Source: Vicugna vicugna (taxonomy: Eukaryota). Taken from it: a stretch of 64,000 bases of DNA. The notes under the pieces are model-generated. The model did not search any database. It was not told the DNA's origin and was given only the letters and a program-made list of their open reading frames with translations. This document shows, piece by piece, positions 13,492 to 25,500 of the stretch. The position numbers were made by a program, and so were the translations under genes. Every line of letters starts with the position of its first letter. Position 1 is the first letter of the stretch. Location of the stretch: the NCBI GenBank assembly GCA_013265495.1, contig MU061578.1:9308-73307 (forward strand). Direction: 5' to 3'.

Positions 13492-13812
13492 GATCCTTTG
13501 GTCTGGTGAGTGGAGAGCAGAAGGCAGAGAGGGGCTTCTCCCATCATCCAGGCGAGAGATGAAAGAGCTCGGACCAGGTGGAGGCATGGCTTAGATTCAG
13601 GGTGGGCTCTGAGGATTGAGGGGAGGTGACTTTTACTTATAAAAAGGTAAACAGGACAAGAAGGAGGGGTGAGCAGGTGCGTCCCCTTTGCTGTGGGACC
13701 TCAGCCCGGACCTGTGTGCTTTGCTCCAGATCTGGCTGGACCCCCTGCCATGGACAGTCCATGGTACTGGGCCACTCCCCTCTCAGAGGGGACTCTACCT
13801 GGCAGTGAAGAG

Positions 13813-14110
13813 TCATTCATTCACTCGTCCATTAATCTGTCATTTACTCACTGATTCATCCATCCTCCCTCCCTCCATCCATCTATCCATCCATGAAGTT
13901 GTTCATCATTTATATATTCATGCACTCATTCACTCATCTCTTCATTCACTTCTTCACTCATACACTCATTTATTCATCTGCTCATTCAGTCATTCCCTAG
14001 TTCATACACTTGTCATTGACTTGTTCGCTTATCCATCCATCACTCATTCCCTCATGGCTTCACTCACTCATACATTTATCACTCCGTTCACTCATTCGTT
14101 TAACAACTAT
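13813..14110. repeat. (TCAT/TCAC)n-like low-complexity tract at an L2 3' end
   Basis: Degenerate tcattcactcatccat repeats running into an antisense L2 (ttcgtttaacaactatttactg). Confidence 0.75.
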
Positions 14111-15149
14111 TTACTGGAGGTCTGATGTACTGTTTGGAAAACTGGGGATTTAGCCGTGAACAAAAGTGGCCAAAACCCCTGTCCTCACAGAGCTGACATG
14201 TTTGAGACAGACAACCAACATTATGGGTAAAACAGGGTAAGCCACCTAGGAAGAGGTTCTATAATGAAGTGGAGGAGGGGACAGGGACAGGTGTTCAGGG
14301 AGTGTGACCTAGGCAGTGTCCCATATGGTGCTCTGCTGAGCAGGACTGAAGGACCTCTTGGACCTAATTTCACATTGATTAATCAGTTCATGAGCGTTTT
14401 CTGGGCCCTGACTGTAGGGTCAGGGAGGGGAGTCTCCCTGGAGGCTAGACAGAGGAGGCTGAGTGAAGACGCAGCCTCAGTGTCCCCAAGCTGACCTCGT
14501 GCCTCTTCCCAGAGAGGCGCCTCAGTGCTGAGAGGATCCCGCACACGGCGAGGGGAGGAGTCCAGGGGAGCCCAGATCTCGCAGAGCAGACACCGCTGCC
14601 CCATTTTGCAGATGAGGAGCCTGAGGACCCGGAAGGAGAGGACTCCCTACCGGTGGGAGAACCAGGACCCAGACCCCCGTCTCACCCAGTGTTGTCATCT
14701 GTTTTCCTCCTCTGACAGCCCGGGGCGGCTGGCTCCCCTCCCTAAGAGTCAGTGGCCTGGATTTCACTTACAGGAAAAAAGGGAGCAACCCTTGGTCTTG
14801 CTTATCCTCTCCATGAACGGCCACTTGTCTTTTCCCAGCACTTGACACCCAAAGGCTGGGACGCTGATACGAGGCCTCTGCGAACGCTGGGGAGACACAT
14901 CACCTCTGCCCTGTTCTGACAGCGGCCTGCGCATTCCCAAGTATTTACAATTAGGTCCCCCTGGAGCGTATGGAGGATGAGGGTGGGTGGTAGGGAGAGA
15001 CAGAGGGAAGGACAGAACAACAGGTGGACACACACACACAAACAAGAGACCCAGAGAGACGACACACGAAGACCCAGAGAAACACGCAGTAGAAGAGATA
15101 AAGACAGGCAGAAACAGGGAGGGCTGGACAGCAGGCTGCGGAAGACAGT

Positions 15150-16100
15150 GAAGGATGGGGCTGCGTCCCGAGAGGGAGAAGAGAGAAAGGGGAAAGAAGG
15201 GCGGAGACCCCGAGGGAGGAACAGAGAGAAATGGGAAGCAGAAAAAACCAAGAAACGGACAACGGAAAAACCAGAGACGCGGAGGACTCAGGCAGCGGCG
15301 AGACTCTCGGATTCAGAGGGTGGCGGAAAGAAAGGCGACCCTGAGCTTGTCCCTCGCTGGCAGGCAACCTGGGGAGACCCCCTGCGGCCCGCAAGGCGGC
15401 GCAAACCCGCAGCCCTCCTTCCACCAACGGCCCCGGAGCCCTGGCTTTCCCCCTTCCCGGGACAGACCGGTCACCTGGCTCGGCGAGGGGGGTAGGGGGG
15501 AGTCCCCGATGCTCTGGAATTTGAAGGCCTCTTGGGATGCAGGGGCTACTGGACTGGGAACGGATGAGGAGGAAAAAGAGACCGGAGAAGCAGGAAGACT
15601 GGGATGAGGAGGCGCAAAGATGCAAACAGCATCCACTCTGCACACCAGGCACTCCTCGCCCGCGTGATGGGGCTGGATTCTCACAGCAGCCCCGAGGCCG
15701 GCGGGGCGGGCCCCGGGCTGCAGATCGGGACACACAGCCTCCGGGAGGCCGGTGGCCCGCCGGCTACCACACAGTCCTCCGCGCAGAGCCAGGCTTCAGA
15801 GCAGGGTCATCGATGCCCAAGCTCTGCTTCTCTGCTTTGTGTGGTCCCACCTGCATTTCACCTCTTCTCTGATTCTCCTGGGCGGGGGCCTACATTTTAT
15901 TCTCAACCTTGTTACATCAGCCGTGGGGGCCGTGGGAGGACGCAGACCCAGGGGCGCAGCCCGTGCTTGGCCGTCTCCGTCTGTCGTCCTGCGTGCTGGG
16001 TGGGTCCGGCCGCTGGAGGAAGGGGTTTCTCCAAGGTGCGTGGGAAAGGAAGATGCCTGTCCCAGTCTCTCACCATCGCGGTTGCCCAAATCTCTGTCCT
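15150..16100. promoter_or_regulatory. Orphan CpG island ~5-6 kb downstream of TMEM114
   Basis: Dense CpG and GC boxes (ggcggggcgggc at ~15699-15710, gggcggggg at ~15880). No recognisable repeat or coding exon. Confidence 0.65.
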
Positions 16101-17777
16101 GGAGGATAGCAGATGCTTCTCCAGCAGGGGCTCCAAGACCCCACCAGGATCGCATCTCAGCCCAGCTTGGACTAGGGAGCCGTGAGACATCAAGAGAGGT
16201 CCGAGGAAGGCCGGAGCAGCCTGATGCACCTACTCCAGCTCAGAGGTGTGGCTGTGGGGAGGTCCCTGCCTCCCTCTGGGCCTGTGTCTTCTTGCCTGTA
16301 AAATTGTCCTTCCCAAGCCCTCTTTACCCAATTCAGTCCCACAAATGTCTCCTGAGAGCCTTTTTGTGCCAAATCATCTGCCACGTAGTGGGGACGCACC
16401 AGTGAGCAAAACAGATTGTCACGAGGTCCCGATAAATCTGTCAGTTGCGGATGTGATTTTGAGGTCTAGGAAGTCCTGCTTCGGGGCATGGCATCCACTG
16501 TTCTGCTGGCCTTCTGGTGGCCAGAGTTATCCCACCACCCTCTCTTGTAAGCAGGGGCCCCCACTCAGGGGAGGAGAGACTTTGTGAGGCCGAGGCGGCC
16601 AGGAGGCGTGGTTTAGGGAAGCTGGGGTGCGGGGTCGGGCAGCCCCGTACCTGGGAGCTCCCCCCTCTACTTCACAGATGTGTGACTTGGGGAAGTTCCT
16701 TCTCCTTTTTGAGCCCCAGTTTCTCATCTACCCAGCGGCTGTGTGCTTGTCACAGGAGGACTGACAGATGGCAAAAGAGGAAGCCACCTCACCGCTGCTC
16801 AGATGTCCCAGACTGTCCCTGGGAAGCGTCTCCCCAGTGCTCAGCCATGAGTCACTGTCATTTGCTCCGGCCTCTTGTAGAAGACTCCCGGGAACACCGT
16901 TTAGGGGGGGACACCCAGCACACAGGCCCTTCTCACACCGCGGAGCACTTCAGAGTTCTCCACTCAGGCTCCTGCTTCCCATCTGAGCCTTGCTGCTGCC
17001 CTGCAAGGAGTGGGCAGCCGCCACGGTCCCCGCTGAGGACACACCTGCAGAGGCTCAGTGAGGCCGAGGATGCGCCAAGGTCGTCGACCAGCACTGAGAC
17101 TCAGCACTGGTCTTCTGAAGTCTGAGCCAGGCCCCAGGCTTCTGCCTGGCCGCCCAGTATCTGGGTCTGGGGACCCCCTGTGGCACCGGCTGTGGCGCGG
17201 CTGCACCTGGGACTCCTAGGTTTCGAATGCGTGCAGCTCTTTCGTCAGCAACCTCATTAAATCGAAAGCCTTGTGCCTGCAGTGCGTGGGGACCTCTTCC
17301 TGGAAGGAGGACATGGGGATTCTGTCAGAACATCGACATTTGTTCCATATTCATTTCTATTTCCTCAATTAGAAATGCTTAATTTAATGGAATACTCGGA
17401 GCCTCAGAGGAGGAACAAGCATGTGATGACTAATAAAATATTTATGCGCTGGGAGAGCTGATTCCCCCATCCCCTGCCTCCTTGCTCCTTTGTGGGGCTC
17501 CCTCCCTCCTGTGTCCCCCTGGGTTGTTGAGTCATTGTTTGGAAGCAGCCTCAGGGGGAGCCCGAGGGGCCAGGTGATGGCTCTCCTGTGATTCCTGGAG
17601 GCAGCCATTGGTTTTCCTCCTCGCCTGGAATTTGGTCCTGATTTTGCACCAGGGAACCAGACGGTGTCAGACCTGGATGGGATGATGTCCGCATCTGAGC
17701 TTCACCTTTGACCCATGAGGTCCTTAGAGGTGAGGTGTGTGCTCAGGGCGCTGTAGTTGCTGGCCTCACAAGGGGAC

Positions 17778-18206
17778 TGTTGTGGGTTCAAGGGTATATA
17801 CTCCAGAAGATATGCTGAAGTCCTAACTCTAGTACCTGTACATGTGACCTTATTTGGAAAGAGGGTCTTTGCAGATGTAATTAGATTAATTAAGATGAGG
17901 TCATGCTGGATTGGGGTAGACCCCAAATCTGGTGACTGGTGTCTTTATAAGAAAGTCATCGGGAGACCCAGAGAGGAGGCCAGGTGAAGACAGAGGCAGA
18001 GATCGGCGTGATGCTGCCCTAGGCCCAGGAACGCCTGGGGCCACCAGGAAGGATCCTATATCCTCGAGTTGTCAGAAGGAACACGGCCCTCCTGACACCT
18101 TGATTTTGGACTTTCAGCCTCTACAACTGTGAGAGATGCATTTCTGCTGTTCTAAGCTGCCCAGTGTGGAAGTTCTTTGTTATGGCAGCCCTGGGAGATT
18201 AATACA
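17778..18206 (+). mobile_element. ERVL-MaLR solo LTR (MLT1B-like)
   Basis: TG...CA termini (tgttgtgggtt...gattaataca), near-TSD gggac/ggcac, core gtgaccttatttggaaagagggtctttgcagatgtaatt. Confidence 0.85.
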
Positions 18207-18234
18207 GGCACCATAACAGGGTGTTTTTTAAAAA

Positions 18235-18500
18235 ATATATATTTTTGTTGAAGTATAGTCAGTTTACAATGTTGTGTCAATTTCTGGTGTACAGCACAGT
18301 ACTTCAGTCATATAGGAAATACACCTATGTATATATTCGTTTTCATATTCTTTTTAACCATAAGTTGCTACAAGATATTAAATATAGCTCCCTCTGCTCT
18401 ACAGTATAAACTTGTTGTTCATCTATTTTATATATAGTAGTTCGTGTCTGCAAATCTCAAACTCACGATTTATCCCTTCCCACCTCCTTCCCCCCCCCCC
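18235..18500 (-). mobile_element. Young L1 3' UTR fragment
   Basis: ttgaagtatagtcagtttacaatgttgtgtc...tttatcccttccc. Flanks agggtgttttttaaa / agggtggttttaaa resemble a TSD. Confidence 0.85.
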
Positions 18501-18750
18501 AAAGGGTGGTTTTAAACATCAGAATAATAGTAACAGCTACACCATCAAGTGCTTCCACGTGCTGGGATCCTGGCTCTCCTTCAGCCCTAAGCTGCCTGTG
18601 AGGCAGGCGCTGTAACTGTCTCTTCCACGATGAGGAGACTGAGGCTTAGGGATGGGAAGTAGCTGCCCAAGCATGCACCCCTGGTGAGAGGGGGGTCTGG
18701 GGCTGGGCTGAGGCTGGGTGAGCGGCTTCTGTGCCCTCGAGCACCACCCC

Positions 18751-19376
18751 TGCCTGTTTTCTTTGCTGCTGTGTAACAAATTGCCCCCTTCTCTGCAAAC
18801 CGTGGCTGAAACCAGCAATGACTGTTTTATATCTCTTGTGGTCTTTGAGGGTCAAGAATTCAGGAAGGGCTCAGCTGGTGGTTCTGATTTGGTCTCCTGT
18901 GCAGCGGCTGGGCCTGGAGCAGCGGCTGGGCCTGGAGCAGCAGAGGGAGCAGCAACTGGGCCTGGAGCAGCAGAGGGAGCAGTGGCTGGGCCTGGAGCAG
19001 CGGCTGGGCCTGGAGCAGCAGGGGGAGCAGCCCAGCAGGCTGAAGGCTCCTCCCTCTCCGTGTCTCCTCGGGGTCTCTCTACCTGGCTTAGATTGGGCTC
19101 CCTCACAATGCAGTGGCAGCAGGGCGGCCAGAGGCTCAGGGGTCCAGTGCAGGTGCTCCAGGGAGCAAGGCATGGGATGCGCTGCCTTTTGCAGCTTAGC
19201 CTCAGAGCCGTGTGCGCCCCTCTGCTGCCGCCACAGGCCTGTCCTGATTCACGGGGAGGGAACACAGACCCCCCCAGCGACCTCGCTGGGAAGAGTCTCA
19301 GGGGCACTTTCTAAGAAGAGCATGGGGGATTGGAGGCGGTGTTGGAAGCATCTTCAGATGACACCCCCTGCCACCC
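18751..19376 (-). mobile_element. ERVL-MaLR LTR (MLT1H/G-like) containing a minisatellite
   Basis: ttgctgctgtgtaacaaattgcccc...gggtcaagaattcaggaagggctcagctgg...tgattcacggggagggaacacagacccc. Confidence 0.65.
18901..19033. repeat. GC-rich minisatellite of 18- and 30-nt units
   Basis: Five copies of ctgggcctggagcagc, with agagggagcagc-type extensions. Confidence 0.9.
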
Positions 19377-19584
19377 TCTCCAGGAGTAGCCTGCTTTCTT
19401 AGTCCTCACTCATTCACTGTTTCCATCTGCAAGGTCTCAGCCGCACGCCTGCTCCAGGCCCCAGCAAAATCCCAGTGATTTGTCCGAGTCCTCAGCAAGA
19501 CAGAAGGCTGCAGGGAGAGGCAGGGGCCAGGTCGTGGAAGTCACGGAGAGGAGCACAGAGGCCAGTGGGGAGGTTTTTTAGAAA

Positions 19585-19720
19585 CTGGTAAAATACATAC
19601 AGAGTAATACTGGCCATTTAAACATTTTTAAAATGCACAATTCAGTGGCATTTAGCACCTTCACAATGTTATGCAACCATCACTACCATCTAGTCACAGA
19701 ATGTTTTCATCACCCTAAAA
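19585..19720 (-). mobile_element. Old L1M (L1MB-like) 3' end
   Basis: aattcagtggcatttagcaccttcacaatgttatgcaaccatcactac. Confidence 0.75.
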
Positions 19721-20207
19721 GGAAATTCTGTACCAAATGGGCAATTTTATGGAGGCGGTGACACTTTTGTGATCCTCTAGAAAGATCTCTCTGCCCATTG
19801 CTGGGGTGATGGGCTGAAGGGGAGGCTGGTGGGGCTGGAGGGATGAAGGCCAGCAAAGTGGCTGTTACTCGTGTAGATGGGAGAACGAGGTGGCCCATAC
19901 GGGGCAGAGGTGATGGGAAGGCGAGAAGAATTCACAGCTGGCGGCGAGGCAGTCGGATTGCTGAAGCTGGTGAGTGGGTGATGTGGGCAGATGATACCAG
20001 CTTCCCAGATGGAACCGTAATGTGAGCGGAGCTGTGATTTACAGAGCTGGAAGATGCCGGAAGGCAAGCCGACTGGTGGTATTGGGGGAGAGGAACAGGC
20101 AGTGAGTTCATTCTGGAGGATATTGAGTTTGAGACTCTGGGGGACACCCACGTGGCCACGCCCAGGAGGCAGTTGGCAATACTTCTTAGGACAGAGGGTT
20201 GGATCAA

Positions 20208-20420
20208 CCAGGACTTCTCGGCCTCCACCCTGGTGACAGCTGAGCCCAGGGGACTCTGTGCTGTGAGGGCCACTCTGCACACTGCAGGATGTTGTACCAT
20301 CTCTGAACTCTACTCAGTAGATGCCAGCTGCACCCCTTTCCCAGTCACGATTGTCAAAAATATATCCAGATCCTGCCAACTGTCCCTTTGGGGCATGATT
20401 GCCCTGGTTGAGAACTATTT
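20208..20420 (-). mobile_element. MER20 hAT-Charlie MITE
   Basis: gcacactgcaggatgtt...ctctactcagtagatgccag...ctggttgagaacta, the reverse complement of the 11811 element type. Confidence 0.8.
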
Positions 20421-23110
20421 GGTCCAAAGCTTTGGAGGGTCACCTGTGTCTAGATGGCAGTGTAAGCCTTTGGGATCCTTGAGACGCTCAGAGGGTCAGT
20501 GAGAGAGACGAGAGGCCCCATGTGTCCGTGATAAACACCAGCTCTAATGGGGCAAAACTGAGGAGAGCACAAGGCTTATGGAGAAGGGCGGACCACGGAG
20601 AAGGAAGGACGGAAAACCCCAGAAATGGGCAGATCGTGGTGCTGCGTGCTACCCACACCCCGCTGTGTCCACTGATCCCTGAGTTCCTGTTTGTACTTTG
20701 GGGCCGGGGGTGGTGGGGGCTGCAGAGCGGGCTGGCTCAGAGCACAGGCCGCATGCGTTTCGGTGGGCGGATGCCTCAAGCTGCTTGTGCCTGCACTTCC
20801 TCTGCCGTAAGACAAGGTTGACGTCAGTACCCGCCCTGGGGGGGTGATTACAGGCGCAGATGCCGCACAGAGCTTAGAACGGGGCTTCTGCTCTGTAAGG
20901 GTAAACCCGTGTCGCTGTCCTCAGCGTTCTGCTCATTTCCGGACCTCGGACCTCGCCTTCACTTTGTGCATTTGATTAACTCCGTGATTCATACATTCAG
21001 TGAACACGTATGGGAGACTGTGCACTCCCCCTGGGGGTAGAGAAGTGAGCAGAATGAAACAGACCCCGCCCCACAGAAAGCCTGGTTTGGGGAGGGCTGG
21101 GGGAGACAGATACTAATCAAGTGTCACGCGCATAATTACAAACGGAGACAAGCGCTGTGACGAAGGGCGTGAGGCTACGAGAAGCCAAGATGCAGACGCC
21201 TGCTCTGCCCAGCTCTGGGGCAGCTTCTGAGTCCGTGGGGCCCCAACACTCCACCAAGGGAACAATTCCAGGCCGGAAGCCCTCTCAAAGGCTTCTCTCA
21301 TCATCCTGGAGAAAGGAGTCCTGTGAAGCAGTCTTAGGACCTGTGCTTTCTACTGAAGGGGGGTTCGGTCCCTTCACATTTAGCTTTGGATTGAAATGCC
21401 AAGGACTCAAAATAGGGATGAGAATGCCGAAAAACAGAGGCAGTGTTAAAGGTGTTTCCTTCACCTCCTGGCTCTTCTGGAGAGAACCGCCTGCTGGTAC
21501 AGGCTGATATCAGTACTGATGGTGGGGGACAGGGGACACATACACACACACCTTCCCTGAAGCATTTTCCTGGCAGGACGGATGCCACCTGGTGTGACAG
21601 AAAGAACAGGAGTTCTTTAAAGGCTCAGAGATTTGAACCCTAGTCCAGTCCCTACATCCAAGCCCATGGAATGACCTTGAGCTCAGGCTGTCCCCCTCCT
21701 GGACACTAAACGTTCAATCACTCTTGCACTGGAGTCCAGGCCTTGGGGTGGAGCCCCGCGTGGAGAGGGGGCCTGGGGGAAGGGCAGGGTCAGATCCCAT
21801 CTTCACTTAAAGATGCTGTTTTTCTGTTCATCATGGATATATGGAGGATGCTTTTGATTTAAAAGCACTGCACCACAGTGTTGTTTATCTGGATGAGTGG
21901 GTCACGTGGTGCTCCCTTCTGTTTCGCACGCTGGGCCAGTGCTCCACTTGCCTCACCCTGGTTCTGATCCACGTGGGCCTCCTGCTGGCCCCACCCTTTA
22001 TCTTGGGGGTATTGGGGTTGAAAATGTCCTTCTGGACATTTGGAGGACATCTTAGGGCTTTCAAAGCTCGTGCACTTTTGAGATCTCTTTTCGAAACTTT
22101 GGCTGCCCCAGAGAACACTCAATATGTGGGCTGTTGGTCACCCATTCACAGATGAAGAAACTGAGGTCCAGGGAAAGGAGACAGCTTGCTCAGGTTCATA
22201 GATCAAGCTACCAAACATGGGAACTAGGATCAGATCCCAGATCAGGTGGATTTTTCTGTTCCATCCCCTGGACAGTTTGGCAGGCACAGTTTAATGGAGC
22301 AGTAGATGACATCAATAATATATTATTACTTTTCCCCTTCACAATGTATTCATTATAGAAAATTTGAAACATACTTTTAAGCAACAGAAAGAAAATAAAA
22401 ATCTCTGTGGGTCCACCACTCAGTGATGATGCGTGTGAACATTTTGGTTTATTTCCTTCTTGTCTTTATATACACTTAGCTATTCTTGATAAAGGCACAC
22501 AAACATCCTTAACTAGATGGCTTTCCTTAATTCTTCCAGCATCTGCATGTTCCCCTTTCATCCTCAGGCATATCTTTAAGTTTCACTAAAGTAGCTGCTC
22601 ATACAAACAAGGCCACCACCAGCCCACAGGGTACTGTTGGGTAAATTAGCAAAAGTCTCCCCTCCAGGTAGGGGCACATAGCTTAGCAGGTGGAACCAGA
22701 AAATGTCCTTCTGCAAACCAGCTCTTCACCAGGGCACACAGTCTGGTGAGCAGGTGCAGTTTATATTTCACCCCCACCTTGGGTCCTCGGAGGGAGGCCC
22801 TTGTGCTGTGCACTACCTGCCCAACCATAGGTGGTAGCCCTGGGCACAAAAGCATTCTTGAAGAAGGTAGGCATTTCTGAATCTTTTTAGAGGATATCGG
22901 TATTAATCAAAGATGCATGCGAAATTCATGCAGATGATAAAATTACAGTTGAGGTAAGCGGGGTAATGAGCCCAAACCCTTTTGACTCCAGAGTTCTTTT
23001 TTAAATCTCTCTTCCAAATGAATTGCCCACTTCTGTCACCCTGGTATCTAGCAAAATACTTGACATGGAGAAAATGCTCTGTATTTGTAAAACTGAATTG
23101 AAATGCATAG

Positions 23111-23642
23111 TGTGGTGGTTCTAAAACTGTCTGCAGATTCTTTGACACTCATCCTCTGGGAAGGTGGAGTCTAATTTCCTCTTCTTTTAAATAGGGGCTG
23201 GTCTTCATGATTTGCCTCCAAACAATAGGTACTGGAAGTACTGTTGCATGACTTCTGAGGCTGGGTCAGAAAAGACAGTACGGCTTCTGCCTGGATCCCC
23301 CTTCGCCTGCTTCTCTGGACGTGAGGCAGCAGAACTGAGCTGCCATGTTGTGAGGAAGCCCAAGCAGCCATGTGGAGAGACCACATGGCGTGTTGTAGCT
23401 CCAGGCCCAGTGGAGGTCCTGGCTGATAGCCAGCATCAGTTCCTGGACGTGAGAGGGGGTGACCCAGATGATTCCAGCCTCCAGCCTCCAAGCTGCACCA
23501 GCTGAGGCTGAGTGGAACAGAGACGAGCTGCCTGCACCCAGCCCTGCCTACTTGTAGATTCATCAGCAAAATAAATGTGGTCACGGTGATAAGGTGCTCA
23601 GTTTTGGGGTCGTTTGCTAGGTAGCACTAGACAAATAGAACA
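23111..23642 (+). mobile_element. ERVL-MaLR solo LTR (MLT1F-like)
   Basis: tgtggtggttctaaaa...tgacttctgaggctgggtcagaaaag...gctgccatgttgtgaggaagcccaagc...aaAATAAAtg...atagaaca. Confidence 0.8.
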
Positions 23643-24904
23643 GTACTCTGTGGAACATTGTGTTGATAGCAGAGGCTGTGGGTGTCTGCCCATTTCCTTT
23701 TGGCCTTTGTCATTTCCCCTTCTGTGCTGATGGCTTTCTGCCAGGCTCTACGACTCTCTCTCTGTTTGAGGGCACTCTTCGGCCTCAGGAGTCTACTTGG
23801 CCAATACCTGGGGTAGCTGGAAGTGCTGGGGAGCTGTGACCCCTTGGACCAGCTGTTAACCTACGATGGGTGGAGCTTGTAGCTACTCCAGCCCCCTTGC
23901 CTTCAGGTGGGACAGCCTTAGGTTTGTCTAATGACAGATTACATCAGTGGAATGGCCAATGAGGCAACTGCAAAAAAAGTGTTCTTGGAGGAGAAAGAAG
24001 ATGAAATTAGGGTAGTAACTTAAAAATTTTATTTGCAAAGTGCTATCCTGTTTGCAAATCCATTTCCTGCCTTTATCACATCACATGAGGAGCTTGGAGC
24101 CCATCTGTGGGTAAAGAACAGTCATTTCTACCTCCAGGAGAGGTACAGACTTGCTGGTAAATGGCGATGCAACTACTCGAATCCTCACCTCCTGATTCTT
24201 TTAACTCCATGGGCTTTTTCATTCTCTTGAATGAGTCCTCTGGCTGCAGGTACCCACAGAAGGGACCACCTGTTGTCAGATTTTTCCAGAACTCCAATTT
24301 CGATGTACTATAAGATGATGCCGATTAAATCACAGGTCTTGGTTTGGAAAGTGGGAGCTCTGAGCCAGAGCCCCAGGGTCAGCTTAGTGTTTCTTAGACT
24401 GGAAGGATGCAGCAGTGGTGGTCAATAGTCCTGTGTTCCCTTGGCATTTCTCTCCTGGCCTCTCAGCCCAGCAAAGGGCCAGCAACAAAGGAAATGATGA
24501 GAAGGCAGAAGAAAACCCAGCGGGAAGCCGGATTAGCAAGTGACCAGAACTAAGTCATCAAAGGGCCCAGATGAAAGGATGAAGATCACTCAGGGAGAGT
24601 TTAAACACAGGCTGCTTAGGTGGTAAGAGACCTAAAGTGAGGGATCAAAGACGGCTTCAGGATCACAGCGAGGCCAGCCGAGAGCCGCATCAGCCTGTGA
24701 GGGCTGCGGGCAGGGCAGGGCTGGGGTGGGGTGAGGCGGGGTTCTGGATATGTTTTAAAGGCAGTGTTAAACCAGATCTATTGACAGAATTCATGTGGTA
24801 TGTAGGTTGCGCTGACACAGCCAAGCTTCACCTTCAAGCTGGAGGCAGAAGTCCCAGAGCTGGAGAACTCGGGAGAACTCCTAGGCCGTAGCCATCATCT
24901 TTTG

Positions 24905-25500
24905 TTGTTGTTGTTATTTTTCCGTTGTGTTGTGAAATTATAGACTCATGGGAAATTGCAAAAATAGTACGCTGAGTCCCATGGACCCCAGTGGTGACAT
25001 CCTGTGTAACCGCAGTACAACATTAATGTCAGGAACTTGACCCTGGGGCGGTGCTGACGGGACTGCAGACCTTGTTTCTGTGTGTGCGGGTACAGTTCTA
25101 TGCGGTTTCCGCCTACCTGTGGATTCCTGTCACCACCACTGTCGTGGAGACTCATCACCGCAAAGGAACTCCCTTGTGCACCTATTTATAGTCGCACCGT
25201 CACTGCCACCCCGTGTCTGATCCCTGGCAACCACTACTGCATTTCCCATCTCCAGAGTTTTGTCCTTTAGGGAATATGACATGAGCGGGCTCAGACACTG
25301 CGTAGTCTCTTGAGACTGGCTCGTCTTCACCTAGCACAGTGCCGGTGAGATTTGTCCGCATTTGCCTATATTCACAGCTCCTTCCTTTCCATTCCTGAGT
25401 GGCTGTCAGGATGCCAACAGCATGGATGTCACACAGCCAGCTTATCCAGTACACCCACTGAAGGACGTGAGAGGGCTGCCCAGCTTTTGGCAACCATGAC
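24905..25500 (-). mobile_element. Old L1M 3' region (L1MC/MD-like)
   Basis: cctggcaaccactactg...tttgtcctttagggaatatgacat...cacccactgaaggacg...cagcttttggca. Confidence 0.65.

Noticed and set aside
13688..14125. His/Ser-rich 145-aa ORF
   Set aside because: Translation of a (TCAT)n-like low-complexity tract.
14951..16405. Long overlapping ORFs (260, 172, 193 and 217 aa) as a novel gene
   Set aside because: Low-complexity R/G/P/S-rich translations on both strands, many with non-ATG starts, are expected in a GC-rich island. No recognisable domain.
18718..19402. 198- and 223-aa repeat proteins (collagen-, elastin- or keratin-associated-like)
   Set aside because: They arise from a stop-free minisatellite inside a MaLR LTR, have non-ATG starts, and show no exon structure.
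11811..20420. Inverted MER20 pair as the ends of a composite transposon
   Set aside because: MER20 is a high-copy ancient MITE. The copies are diverged and each is complete on its own, with no transposase between them.
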